From contig OX597815.1 in the NCBI GenBank assembly GCA_951406725.2, forward strand, positions 163,308,001 through 163,372,000: a stretch of 64,000 nucleotides of DNA, in the 5' to 3' direction. Shown here one piece after another: positions 1-12,516 of this stretch. The DNA comes from Octopus vulgaris. Taxonomy: Eukaryota. Numbering within the stretch: the first letter of the stretch is position 1; every line of letters begins with the position of its first letter. Both the position numbers and the translations under genes were made by a program. Below the pieces are notes generated by a model that saw only the letters and a program-made list of their open reading frames with translations, was not told the DNA's origin and did no database searches.

Positions 1-2
1 GT

Positions 3-2176
3 AATATCATTTATGTAGATGATGAAGAGAAGTGGGCCCAACACAGTGCCTTGTGGGACACCACTGCTGACTTTGGCTGGGCTGGATTTGACTCCTTCGA
101 CTACAACATGTTGGGTTCTGTTAGACAGGAAGCACTTGATCCATTGCAGCAGCTTTCCAGTGACACCAATATTGGACAGCTTTCTCAGAAGGATCTTATG
201 ATCAACCCTGTCAAAGGCCTTGCTGAAATCAAGGTAGATGACATCAGTGTTGGAACCTTCTCCCAAGGCTCTCAAAATGTCATCAAAATGATGCAGTAGC
301 TGCGTCAGGCAATCTCTCCCATTACGGAATCCATGCTGGTTGGGGTTCAGCATATTATGACTCTCAAGGAAGTGAGTCATACGCGATCTCAGCACCCTCT
401 CAAATACCTTGATGATATGAGAGGTGAGTGAGATTGGACGGTAATTCACGGCAAGCGATTTGTTTCCTTTTTTGAAAACTGGGACAACAGACTGGGATAG
501 AAGGTCTTCTGGTATATATCCAGCATCCAGTGAGTTCCGCCACAGATTGGCTAGAGGGGGTGCAAGTTGGTTTTGACACATCTTCAAGACACAAGCAGGG
601 AACCTATCGGGACCTACTGCTGAATTATGCTTCATTTCCTTTATTGCTGCTAAGACATCAGGAGCGCCAAATGTTATGTCCGATAAAGTGTATTGGGGAG
701 TAACATCACTGATACAGCCCAGATCAGTCATATCAGGATTGCTGAAAACAGAGCAATATTGTTTCTGCAATATATCTCCCATGGTTTTGGCATTGTCTTG
801 AAGAGTACCATTTTCATCAATCAGAGGGCCAACAGTAGAACCAGTGACTCTGTGTTTTTTTGCAAATGAAAAGAACACTTTGGGATTGAGTTTGATCTTC
901 TCAATGGCCCAGGCCTCTTCAGCTCTTCGCTGACTATTGATGATAGACATCATGTTGTTTTGGAGTTTATGTTTTTTAATCTCTAGCGACGAGATGGCAG
1001 TCAGGTTGGTGTGTTGCTGTTGACAGTATTTCAGCATGTTGATCTTTTTATTGATTCTTTTAATTTTCCTTATGAGAGATTTTCTATTTCTAGGGACTCG
1101 ACACTTAGATTTGTTTGCAGATCTTAATGGGGTGTGTCTTGCGCATATGTTCGTGATGGTGTCTACAAGTGACTGCCAGGACTTTTTGATGTTAGTGGGT
1201 GTGTATGTGTGCGTGAAGGACCAATCGACTTGTGCAAGATCATTATTGATCGCTTCCCAGTTTGCATTGTGGAAATCCATAGTGTCAAATGGATGAACAG
1301 GAGGGATGACATTTGTTTTGCATTTTGGCCAGTGAAATCTCAGATCACAGAGAACTATGTCATGGTCGGAGAGTAGGGTTTTCTCCACTGCAACATTGTG
1401 GATAGTATCAGTGTGATTGCTGAAAATTAAGTCTAAGACGTTTTTGTGACATCTCGTTGGTTCGAGTACCAGTTGGGACAAAAAGAAGTCATCCATGAAG
1501 TCAAGAAGCGATTCCACTGCCTCCCTGTCAGGGGTTGAGAGAGAAGAACCTGGCGGCAGACTGTTTGTAGACCAGTCAACCCCAGGAAGGTTGAAGTCTC
1601 CCATCATTAAAATGTTGTCAGGTTGACACTGCTGAATGAAACACTTTATGCTGTTGAGGCATTCCTTGAAGCATGGTAGGGGCGTTTGGGGTGGTCTGTA
1701 GAGCCCAACTACTGTTAAGTTGTTGGTTTGACTGAATACAGCGACTGCTTCGCAGTATCCATTGGAAAATATGTTCATGGCTTCTGTTGAGAATGAATCA
1801 TGGACATAAATGGCAGTCCCACCCTTTCTTCTGCCAGCACGATCAGCACGAATGGTTTTGAAATTTTTGACTTTCACCTCGGCTTCCAAGTGGAGGTCAC
1901 TAAGATGGGTTTCAGTGAGGACGAAGAAAGGGATGTGGTTTGGATGGGCCTCGACCCAGTCCTCCAGGAATCTTATCTTCCATTTTTGTGTACTGGTGGA
2001 AGGGCTGATGCCTTGGGCATTAAGCAGAAATGTTGAGGCGAGAGTGGATGGTTTTAATTGTTTTGGTGATTTGTTTATTTGATTACTTTTCAATGGTATG
2101 TGCAGTGGGGTAATAGTGGTGGATGGTGGTGGGTGATAGCTCGGATGTTTTTTTCCAGTTCTTTTGCTAGATTCAT

Positions 2177-2177
<1 letters not shown>
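3..2177 (-). mobile_element. LINE (CR1/L2/Jockey group) ORF2 with APE endonuclease and reverse transcriptase, uninterrupted frame, continues past position 1
   Basis: Manual minus-strand translation is stop-free for about 725 codons. APE motifs: LLNAQGI, FFVLTETHL, RADR..RKGGTAIYV, GLYRPP, MGDFNLPGVDW, EPTR..NVLDLIF, LSDHDIV. RT motifs: GPDRFP, VVPVFKKG..NYRPISLTS, NQHGFR, YLDFSKAFDRVDH, SGVPQGTVLGPLLFIIYINDI. The 5' end abuts a (TA)n tract. Confidence 0.95.
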
Positions 2178-2211
<34 letters not shown>

Positions 2212-2216
2212 TTATA

Positions 2217-2430
2217 TCGGTTTAGCTTTGTTTCGGCAAAGGCCTCAGAATGCGCTCTTAAAAGCTCCTGTGCTTCTCTTTGTCGGTTACCGCCTGTTAA
2301 TTCCATTTTCCTGGGTAATTCGATGGTATGGTTATACAACGTGGAACCCCCTTCAGCTTAGGCTAAATATAATAATAACAATAATAAATTGCAGATGGAA
2401 ATTCATAGGCTTAATTAATGCATTACAAAA
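2217..2430 (-). mobile_element. Short (TA)n-adjacent interspersed repeat, PLE pseudo-LTR-like, copy 1
   Basis: Diverged reverse complement of 4705-4916; minus strand carries a degenerate ctgaag-gggt...accc-aggaaa hammerhead-like core. Confidence 0.55.
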
Positions 2431-2560
2431 TATGTTTCTACGCCCCACACGTTGATTCAGCAATAATATTCCTTATTCATAATGATGTACCAGTCTCTAT
2501 ATTTTCTACCGTTATAATTATCGCTAATATACAATCCAGATAATATTACCATCCAGTCAA

Positions 2561-3124
2561 GACGGCGAGCAGGCAAAAACGTTTGCACGCCGGGTGAAAT
2601 GCTTACCGGTATTTCGTCTGCGTTACGTTGTGAGTTCAAATTCCGCCGAGGTCGACTTTGCCTTTCATCCTTTCGGGGTCGATAAGTAAAGTACCAGATA
2701 CGCACTGGGGTCGATGTAATCGACTTAATACCTATGTCTGTCCTTGTTTGTCCTCTCTGTGTGTAGCCACTTGTGGGCAGCAACGAAATAGGTATTTCGT
2801 CTGTCGCTACGTTCTGTGTTCAAATTCCGCCGAGGTCGACTTTGCCTTTCATCCTTTCGGGGTTGATTAAATAAGTACCAGTTACGCACTGGAGTCGATA
2901 TAATCGACTTAATCCATTTGTCTGCCCTTGTTTGTCCTCTCTGTGTGTAGCCACTTGTGGGCAGCAACGAAATAGGTATTTCGTCTGTCTTTATGTCCTG
3001 AGCTCAAATTCCACCGAGGTTAACATTGCCTTTCATCCTTTCAGGGTCGATGAATTAAGTACCAGTTGCGTACTGGGGTCAATCTAATCGACTGCCCCCT
3101 CTCCTTGTGGCTAGAGTAGAAAAG
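2561..3124 (+). mobile_element. tRNA-derived SINE family A, head-to-tail trimer
   Basis: Head gacggcgagcaggcaaaaacg with B-box-like gagttcaaattcc; body gtcgactttgcctttcatcctttcggggtcg repeats with a period of about 184 bp; 18-bp direct repeat aatattccttattcataa at 2465-2482 and 3125-3142. Confidence 0.9.
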
Positions 3125-3899
3125 AATATTCCTTATTCATAAGATATGTTTATCTGTGGTTAGTCACAAGAAAAGCCCAACAATTGAATGAAATGATTTA
3201 ATTGGTGTAAAATTGTAAATGCCCTTAAAGTCAGCATAGCTGGCTTGCAGAAACAAAAATGCCACACCTGAGGAAGCATCCACGTTAAAAAGGGGGTTGA
3301 AAAAAGAAAAACTTCAAATTCCTAAATATGAAGAGTCATCCTCTTATAATAATTCTGCTTGTCACTACGTTACTTAGCCTGTCGGTAACGCATTCACGCC
3401 ATTAGAGAAAAAGAAAGGAAAGAGGGCGAGTGAAAAAGAAGGTGAGAGAAGTGTCCATAACGTGAGGTAGAAGGAACGTAATTGTAATGCTTTCGCGTGA
3501 TTAGTTAAAGGGGAAAGAGTGAAGAAAAGAAAGAAAAAGGAAAGAGAAAAAGAGTATAAGATGAAGAGTGAAGCAGAAAGAGAGAGGAAAGACAGAGAGA
3601 GAAGCGTCCATGACATGTGGTAGCGGGAACGTAGTATTTATTACGTGGTTAAAAAAGTTAGTTGGAGGTAGGGATATAGAGGAAGTTTAGGAGTATAATT
3701 TTAGCAGAGGGGTGATGTTCTGATGGTGAGATTAAAGAAAAGCAGAGAGAGAAAGAGAGAGAGAGAGGGAGGGGGAGACAGAGATAATGGCGATGGTGGT
3801 GGTGGAGCTGGAGATGGTGAGTGAATAGTGAAAGTAATTTTTCTTTTAATTGAACTAATGTTTTTTTTATATCACCTATCACTTAACACTTAACACGTG

Positions 3900-4170
3900 C
3901 GCATCCCAAACTTGCCATTCACTTCAGGAAGAAACCAGTTTCCCGTTCGCCTGTCATATGCAATGACTATCAATAAATGACAAGAACAGACATTTGATAA
4001 AGTGGGGTTGTTCTTGCTTGAACCTGTATTCAGCCATGATTAGCTATCTGTTGCATTCTCTAGGCTTCGCAAATTATCTGATGTGAGAGTTGAAGTTATC
4101 AACACAGAAAAGCACGGGAAAAGAAGAGGGAGAACCTACACGAAGAACATAGCCTGCAAAGAAGTGAATG
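3900..4170 (+). mobile_element. Helitron PIF1-helicase C-terminal relic
   Basis: Translates to [42 protein letters not shown], matching the PIF1 motifs FP..L.YA.TINKSQGQT and VFSHGQLYVA.SR, with stops. Confidence 0.85.
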
Positions 4171-4704
4171 GTGTACGCCAATTGAAATGTGTATTGGCTC
4201 TGATCCATCGCCTTGTCTTATAAGTTACCGACAATATGGTTTTCAAAGTATGCTATGCTGCATTAAATTTTTACTCTCGTGAAATTATGACATCGATATT
4301 TTAGATATAAAATAATTCTTTTAATGCAAAATTTTTGTTTTCTAGATATGAAATTGTGAGCATGTAAATTTGAAAATGTAATTTTTTCTGTTTATGGGAA
4401 AAACGGAAAAATAAGAGTGAATATTTATTTTGTGAGTGTTGTGTATTAAGTCTATAAAATTGTGCATAAAGTATATAAAGTATATATATATATAAAGTGC
4501 ATTAAATAATCATCGAATTCCAGTTTACTTCACTTTTCAATGAATAGCAGATGGGCGACTATCTTTTGATACACGCACAACACAGGCTACGCTTTCAGTC
4601 TTTTTGGATAAAGCCTTCAGGTATAACCCAATAGGTGAAATATTCACGGGTCCCTCTTGTAAGTAATATCTTATGAATATAGAAGAGTGTTATCTAATGA
4701 GCGT

Positions 4705-4911
4705 GTTGTGTGCATTAATAAAGCCTATGAATTTTCATCTGCACGTTATTATTGTTATTATCATATTTATCCTAAGCTGAAGGGAGTTCCACGTTGTATA
4801 ACCATACCATCGGATTACTCTAGAATATGGTATTAACAGGTGGTACCCGACAAGGAAAAGCATAGGAGCTTTTAAGAGCGCATTCTGAGGCTTTTGCCCA
4901 AACAAAACTAA

Positions 4912-4916
<5 letters not shown>
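4705..4916 (+). mobile_element. Short (TA)n-adjacent interspersed repeat, PLE pseudo-LTR-like, copy 2
   Basis: Inverted homolog of 2217-2430; ends directly at a (TA)n tract. Confidence 0.55.
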
Positions 4917-4972
<56 letters not shown>

Positions 4973-4995
4973 CATACATGCATACATACATACAT

Positions 4996-5048
<53 letters not shown>

Positions 5049-5176
5049 TGTATAAATTATTGCTGTACAAATGTATTACTTTCCAGTAAAATAAAGCCCC
5101 ATAAGGGTAGAATTATACATATAAAAACAGAGGCGAGTATACTGGCATTGTTGTGGCAACATTTGAAATATTGTTT

Positions 5177-5260
5177 AGGTAAATGCAGCTGATGAAGACT
5201 GATCAAATTTACGTTGTCAAACGTATTTGAAGAGTTAGAAACCGGTCCTGCATTATCCTA
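5177..5260 (+). ncRNA. Type I minimal hammerhead ribozyme motif (PLE-like)
   Basis: Helix I aatgcag/ctgcatt, extendable to tagg/ccta; CTGATGA at 5189-5195; helix II gact..tcaaat..acgtt/aacgt-atttga..agtt; GAAA at 5238-5241; palindromic ACCGGT helix III; GTC site ending at 5247. Confidence 0.75.
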
Positions 5261-5487
5261 TTCTAGGTTGTCCATTTATCGAATGTTCTTCCTAGAGGTA
5301 AGACAAATTTTTCATGTTTGTTGCACAGACACACATCTTTGCTAGTAAATACGCAGTGAAACTATACAATAGCGTCGTATTTGTATCGATTGCAATTTTC
5401 CAGTAAATATTGGTGCCTTGTTGTACCACTTATCTGTTTTTATATGTATGCATATATATATATTTTTTTTTTTTCATAGCGTTTTCA

Positions 5488-5565
5488 AATAGCCAAATAA
5501 CCGAAGAGATGTCGTGGATTCCCACTTCGGCATCTGAAATTCAGAGTTTTATCTTGACTATTGAG
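5488..5565 (+). ncRNA. Degenerate type I hammerhead-like motif with CCGAAGA core
   Basis: Helix I aatagccaaataa/ttatcttgactatt; core CCGAAGA; helix II gatgtcg/cggcatc; tGAAA; helix III ttc-a-gag; GTT site; module lies between (TA)n runs. Confidence 0.5.
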
Positions 5566-5652
5566 TAATGTAACATATTGTTGTATTGATAAATTTCCTC
5601 TATTTACATAATATTGAGGTCTCTTTCTTTCTTTTGTTATCTTACCGTTTTA

Positions 5653-5692
<40 letters not shown>

Positions 5693-5837
5693 TTGTCGGT
5701 TGTGGAAGACGACTGTCACGACTACTACATAAACCTGATGATTGCGGAACACATTTAAGTATTACACTTATCACGATATATATTATTCTATTATCATTAT
5801 ACGTGAAAATCAGACTATGTTATTACTGTTATTATTG

Positions 5838-6023
5838 GGTAGAATGCTTAGATGCATTTCGTCTGTCCTTACGTACTCATCTCAAATTCCGCCGAGGTCG
5901 ACTTTGCCTTTTATCATCCTTTCGGGGTCGATAAATTAAGTACCAGTGAAACACTGGGGTCAAATATTATCGACTAGTCCCGTATCCCCAAATTTTAGGC
6001 CTTATGCTTTTAGTAGAAAGGAT
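5838..6023 (+). mobile_element. SINE family A copy, 5'-degraded
   Basis: ccgccgaggtcgactttgcc...ggggtcgataaattaagtaccag body and tagtagaaaggattattatt tail. Confidence 0.85.
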
Positions 6024-6044
6024 TATTATTATCGTTATTATTAT

Positions 6045-6098
<54 letters not shown>

Positions 6099-6480
6099 CT
6101 ATATAAAACAGAAATAGCGCTTCAAAGATTCACACGGAGCCCACAGTTAATTCTCTGCCAGGTGTCAGATCCAAACATATGACAGTAACTTGCTTACCAA
6201 CGGTGTAGATACAAAATATTATATATGGATATTTTAAAAGTAGAAGTAAACGTGCGCACGCGTACACACACACACACACATACACAAGCGCTCTGAGGAA
6301 ATGCTCTGACGTGAGATTTTATTCTTTATGTTGCAACACTACTATATATGCATAACACTATGTCGCTGATGTAACAGGATGCAAAATACGAAACTGCCAA
6401 GAAATGGAATAAATACTTTATCTTGCACCTGAATTTTGGTGATATCTATGTGTGTTTGCGCTTGTGTATGTGTGTGTTCG

Positions 6481-6515
<35 letters not shown>

Positions 6516-7004
6516 ACGTCTAGTTTTAAAATATCCATATATAATATTTATGTATTTACACCTCTGGTAAGAAAGTTACTGTTATTTTCGTTCAAGATAA
6601 AATCTCTTATGGACGGGTTTTGTCTTAAAACACAATGTATAACTGGGGTGATAGATCTTGCCCAGGAATGTAACTGGCTGCAGCAGCAAATCATTGACTC
6701 GGCCAAACAAGGTTAAAATGCATCTGGTATTCTGGATAGGCGTAACGGGAAAGAATCTTTGTCTCCCTCCGATATATATTGTATTTTTACACACGACACG
6801 TCCATAAGAGATTTTTTAAAATCTCGGACGGAGACAGTAATTGCTTGCCTCTTAACGGTTTATATATGCATTAAATATGGTAAATGTTTTAATTTGATAT
6901 TGCTTGAATTGCATAGAATGGGTTACTCATACTTTTACTATTTCTGTGACCATGCTGGACAGCCGCCATTCAAGCGATTGCTAGTTTATTTCAAACTCAC
7001 TTTT

Positions 7005-7290
7005 AGGCTCTCTCTCTGGATTTGGTTCTGGTGAAGTAATGAGTTGGACAAAGCTGCCTTTATATGATGAGTTCTTTGCAGAGATGCGGGTTCATCTGGT
7101 ATCTCAGATAAACAAAATTGCCTAAATGCTCTTTGAGGACTTGCACATACACGCCTCATACATATTTGTTTTTTAATTTATGGCAGGATACAAAAAAGCC
7201 CCTTGATCCTTGAACCCTAAATTGTAGCAGTATTTGGTTCTTACTCTGGATGCAATGATATCTAGTTCGGGCCTCCACTTTGTGATATAA
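7005..7290 (-). mobile_element. Old LINE (CR1-like) ORF2 C-terminal relic
   Basis: Minus strand reads LSEIPDEPASLQRTHHIKAALSNSLLHQ, resembling the PD(E/Q)P...AA.SNSL C-terminus of invertebrate CR1-group LINEs. Confidence 0.55.
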
Positions 7291-7310
7291 AAAATATCAG
7301 CTATATTATA

Positions 7311-7544
7311 CCTATTTCTTTACTACCCACAAGGGGTTAAACACAGAGTGGACAAACAAGGACAGACAAACGGATTAAGTCTATTATATCGACCCCGATG
7401 TGTAATTGGTACTTATTTAATCGACTTCAAAAGGATGAAAGGCAAAGACGACCTCGTCGGAATTTGAACTCAGATCGTAGCGGCAGACGAAATCCTGCTA
7501 AGCATTTCGCCCGGCGTGATAACGTTTCTGCCACCTCGCCACCC
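7311..7544 (-). mobile_element. SINE family A, full length, with target-site duplication
   Basis: Reverse complement of family A, flanked by tatcagctRtattata at 7295-7310 and 7545-7560. Confidence 0.9.
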
Positions 7545-8404
7545 TATCAGCTGTATTATACCAGTGGGGAAAATACCACCCACATAACCATAAGATGCTC
7601 CAAAATGTGTACATGATACTACCTTCCTTTGAGGCATGCTATATTGCAAAATCTATTTACAATGCTTTCTGCAAAAAGATTTCGCACCTTTAAAAATAAA
7701 GAATACTGGTGGAACACTCCAATAAAGAATAGCAAGTCGGTGCAAACACAACAGACCTGATTGTGTTGTATGGAAAAGAGAACAAATGACATGCACTGTT
7801 GTAAAGGTTAGCAGCCCAGTGGATGTGAATGTAACATCTAAAGTCCAAGAAAAGAGAACGTTTATAGTGAGTTAATGCGGAACTTCCAACTCTTTCACCT
7901 TGATTATAAATTTTCATTTGTACCTATTATTAAAGGTGCATTAGGCTATGTACCTACAGATATACACAAAACCTAGAATTACAAGGTTTTGCAAAAAAAA
8001 AAGAGCAACAGAAACTAACGCGTATTCTTCAAATCCACTCTATTAGCAGCACAGTAAAGATTTGTATGACACTCCAAAGATTGTCTATCTGCGATTCTTT
8101 AGGTGAATAGATTGCACACAGGTTTGCATCTTTTCAGCAAAAAGTTCAACCAGCACACCAACTCACCGACAAACTTATAATCGTCAAGAACTCTGTTAAC
8201 TGAGAAAGCCTTGTCACTTTGTTAGCGACCAAGCTGAATTCTCTTAAGAAGTTTAATACAGCTCAAAGAAAAATATACATACATAGAAAGCAAAGTTGAC
8301 ATCGGCAGAATTTGAACTCATTGAGCAGAGTGTTGGAATTGGACGGTTTAACGATAGTTGAGTTTTCGTTCTATTACATTTCCATTCACAACACGGATGT
8401 AATT

Positions 8405-8992
8405 TAAGTCGGTGGTCTGACAGAATCATTAGGCACACCGGGAAAAATGCTTAGCGGCATTTCGTCTGTCTTTATATTCTGAGTTCAAATTCTGCTGAGG
8501 TCGACTTTGCCTTTCATCTTTTCGGGGTCGATAAATTAAGTACCAGTTACGCACTGGGGTCGATATAATCGACTTAATCCGTTTGTCTATCCTTGTTTGT
8601 CGTCTCTGTTTTTAACGCCTTGTGGGTAGTAAAGAAATAGGCATTTCGTCTATCTTTACATTCTGAGTTCAAAATCTGCCGGGGTTGACTTTGCCTTTAA
8701 TCATTTCGAAGACTATAAGATAAAAGCCATTTGAGCACTGGGGTCGATGTAGTCGACTTAATCCGTTTGTCTTTCTTTGTTTGTCCCGTCTGTGTTTAGC
8801 GCCTTGTGGGTAGTAAAGAAATAGGCATTTCGTCTGTCTTCACATTCTGAGTTCAAAATCTGCCGGGGTCGACTTTGCCTTTCATCATTTCGAGGTCTAT
8901 AAAATAAAAGCCATTTGAACACTGGGATCGATGTAATCGACTTAGCCATTTCCCCCGAAATTACTGGCCTTGTGCCAAAATTTGAAACCAAT
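8405..8992 (+). mobile_element. SINE family A head-to-tail trimer
   Basis: catttcgtct recurs at about 8458, 8643 and 8827 (about 184-bp period). Confidence 0.85.
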
Positions 8993-9860
8993 ATTTCCTT
9001 TTTATATACAGTACACTATCTATCGATAGTTTCACTAGTATCATTGTGTGGTTGAGTATCATGTTTACCCATTCATACATTTGCATCTGTTTATATACGT
9101 AAGGGCAAAGGTGCGTGTCTGTATGAATGAATATGAGATAGGGAGAAGGTGAAAGAGATGTAGAAAGAGTAAAAAGGAAAAAGAAGAAAAAAAAGCATTA
9201 TCACGATGGGTTTATTGAAATAATATAACAATCCGGATCACTAAATCATCAGTAATAGAGATTTCGCCTTTGTCTAAAAAGCATGCGCATCTATACTGAT
9301 CGATCGAACAATTCTCTTCCTGCTGTCAAATCATTCAATATCTATTAAGGCTGTGTTAAGACATTTATGGTGAACAGAACGATCAATTCTCCGATTTATC
9401 ATTTGTAGAAAGCGGAAATGATGTATGGGGCGATGTCGATGATAGTGGTCGAGCAGTTAGTTAGATTGTGCATCGTATTTCAAATGGTTGAAGTTTCGTC
9501 TCGTTTATAACAATATTCTGTATGTAATTTGCATAACAAAAATGCTGAAAGGCTTTCTGAACCGGGTTTATGATTTTCCACTTATAAGAATACTTACTAT
9601 ATGATGTGCGAGGTCATTTTCTTCGTATGCTTACTGCCAACTCTAACTACATTGGAAGCTGTTACATAGTCGCTGAGATGTGCTAGAAATAGTAGTTCAA
9701 ATCTCTGTCAAATTATATCTTAAATCATAAATAAGTCAACATTAGATCTTCATATAATGTGTGTATGTATGTATGTATGTAGGTGTGTGCGCGCGTACAC
9801 ACAAGAATGAAGGCATGTGATTCAGTGGTTAGGGTAATATGCACATAAAATATTAATATA

Positions 9861-9899
<39 letters not shown>

Positions 9900-9903
<4 letters not shown>

Positions 9904-10075
9904 AGCCACTACACACATTTTTTCTCTCCTTGTTTTTTTCTGTGTCCCTTTCTGTAGAAGAGCGTAGGCTCGAAACATAAAAGACTTTTTCAATTCCTGA
10001 GCGTTATACTAATACATCTGTTTGTTTTATACACCACCTGTCTTCGTCTTTTGTTTTTTTTCGTGAACTCTCCCT
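9900..10075 (+). mobile_element. Element of about 175 bp embedded in (TA)n with hammerhead-like hairpin, copy 1
   Basis: ctgtaga-a-gagc-gtag-gctc-gaaac; homolog at 26190-26398; (TA)n on both sides. Confidence 0.65.
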
Positions 10076-10445
10076 ATATATATATATATTAAACAACAAT
10101 ATCACTTGATAACTTTTTCTGAATTTAGACTGATACACAGTTTGATAAAGAGAGAGTGGTTAATATAAATTCAGTTAAAACAAAATATAAATTCAATAAA
10201 AAATGTAACTTAGTATAATTCAATTAAGAAGAGTTTTTATTCTCTTATAATCAGAGAATGGGAAAATATATTCTTTAATCATCAATAAGCTGATATGAAT
10301 GTGACAAGCCTGCTTGACGAGATAATGTTATTGTTAATTGTACAAGGCCTTCATTGAATGCCTACGTCAAGAAGTGTTACATGAAGTACGATGAAATATT
10401 ACGAAACAGAAACGAAAGCAGGTTGCACTAGAAGCGTTATTGAAA

Positions 10446-10842
10446 TATATATATATAAAAGTGAAGTTGTGTGTCTGTCTCCTACGATTTAGATTCCTAA
10501 CTAGTCCCACATTTTGCGGTGCAGTGTACCCAAAAGTGGGTATCTTATAGTCGTGATTCATTTCGAGCCCTTCTGGGTATTAGCGCGCGTCTACGATGAG
10601 TCTACGATTTAAAAAAAAATTTACCATAATTTTTCCCATTTTTAATGCATTTTTTCGCTATTATATAAGGGAAGTAACTCTCTAAAAATGTCTACGATGA
10701 GTCAACGATTTTTAAAAAAATGACCATAATTTCTTTTCCATTTTTAATGCATTTTCTTGCTATTTTTTGGCTATAACTCTCTAAAAATTATTATATAGTT
10801 ATTTCCCTTACAAACCCGAGCAACGCCGGGCGATACTGCTAG
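10446..10842 (+). mobile_element. Non-autonomous Helitron
   Basis: 5' tatatataaaa start; internal tandem duplication of about 100 bp (tctacgatgagtc...catttttaatgcatttt); 3' hairpin cccgagcaacgccggg followed by CTAG and a target T. Confidence 0.85.
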
Positions 10843-11260
10843 TATATATATAAAAGATGTGGCGTATTCGCCAGTTGTAAACGACAGATGAGTGTTCTGC
10901 AACGTATTGCTAAGCAACTTATTGCTAAGCTTATTGCACGAATGATATTTTTTATTGTGATAAAATGTCTGTGCTGTATAGGAGCTCACTCTCACATGTC
11001 AGACGTTGAAGTGATCACAGAGCAACGTGAAATGAAGTGTTTTTTTTTCAAGAACAGAACGCACCTCACGGATCTGGAATCGAAATCACGATCATTACTC
11101 TACATTTGTTCCGAGGGAGATGAATGGTTTCATTATGTTCTCGTAACATCAAGTAGTTCGTTGAACTTGGTAGAAATACAGTGAAATATTCACCTTCAAA
11201 TAAACCTTGTAATCATACGTAAGAATATAGGAAAACGAAGTTGTAAATATACTATGCCTG

Positions 11261-11382
<122 letters not shown>

Positions 11383-12151
11383 GGTTAGACGAGGAATGAC
11401 TGGAATGCCATTGGTAGGCATGTTTGATGTCAGTGCTCAGCAGCAGCAGCAACAACAACAGTAACTAAACCACCATCACCACCACAACAACTACCACCGC
11501 CGCTACCACAACCAGCACTAGCAGCTACAGTAACAACAAAAATGAAAATAACAACAATCACAACAACAATAACAACAACAAATGTTATCTAGCCTTACTC
11601 TTCCTTCAGGATGTTTTAGGTTCATCTATCAACAACAACAACAATAATGATAACAATAACAACAACAAAAATGAACGTGGAAATATGAATAACCGTACCT
11701 AGCACCTGCTTCACCATTGATCTCAGATTACGTTTATTTTATGAGAGTAGATTATCTCAGTAGTTTGGTCTTGGTTTAAATATCTTAGTAAACATGTACA
11801 TCTGCTATTCTCAGGTCTACGAAATCAGATAAAATCGCAAAAATTGTCAACTGGCATTTCTTTCATTAAACCATACATTATTCTTGCATATTACACAATA
11901 TTGAAAAACACTAATGCCTTATGCAAATTTGTGTACGAACACACAAACAACCACACATACTCACTCACACTCACTCTCTCTTTCCTCCTCCCTCCTCCCC
12001 CCTCTCTCATAGACACATACACGCACTCACAGAAATTCAGCTTTGACCCCGCGGAGCAATTACCTTTGTGACCAACAACCCCGAGTTGCCTTTTTCTGCA
12101 ATACACTGTCTTCTTGTAATAGTGGTTTTACAGACAGTTATAAACCAGATG

Positions 12152-12474
12152 TGAAGGCGCGTGGCTAAGTGGTTAGGGCATTCGGCTTACGATTGTAAGG
12201 TCGTGAGTTCAATTCCTGGCGACGCGTTGTGTCCTTGAGCAAGACACTTTATTTCGCGTTGCTCCAGTCCAGTCAGCTGCAAAAATAAGTTGTACCTGTA
12301 TTTCAAAGGGCCGGCCTTGTCACACTCTGTGTCACGCTGAATCTCCCTGAGAACTATGTTAAGAGTACACGTGTCTGTGGATTGCTCAGTCACTTGCACG
12401 TTAATTTCACGCGCAAGCTGTTCCGTTGTTCGTATCAGCTGGGACCCTCGTCTTCGTAACCGACGGAGTGCTCC
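12152..12474 (+). mobile_element. tRNA-derived SINE family D, full length
   Basis: gaaggcgcgtggctaagtggttagggcattcgg...gagttcaattcc (A/B-box-like); body gtccttgagcaagacactt...gctccagtcc; tail gacggagtgctcc; tataaaccagat flanks both sides. Confidence 0.85.
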
Positions 12475-12516
12475 TATAAACCAGATCAAGTCACCGGCTC
12501 AATCATTGAGAATAAG

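Noticed and set aside
19-2082. Plus-strand ORFs 19-201, 51-299, 1036-1296, 1800-2036 and 1810-2082
   Set aside because: Antisense shadows of the minus-strand LINE ORF2 (GPNTVPCGTP is the reverse complement of GVPQGTVLGP)
5735-5760. CTGATGA at about 5734 (also minus strand at about 9246)
   Set aside because: No hairpin plus GAAA at suitable spacing
7690-8240. Possible hAT transposase relic (DDYKFVGELVCWLNF)
   Set aside because: Too short and degenerate to support without a profile search
9190-9420. Putative enhancer with Sox, Meis and Hox-like sites
   Set aside because: Such short motifs are expected by chance in AT-rich DNA; conservation or chromatin data would be needed
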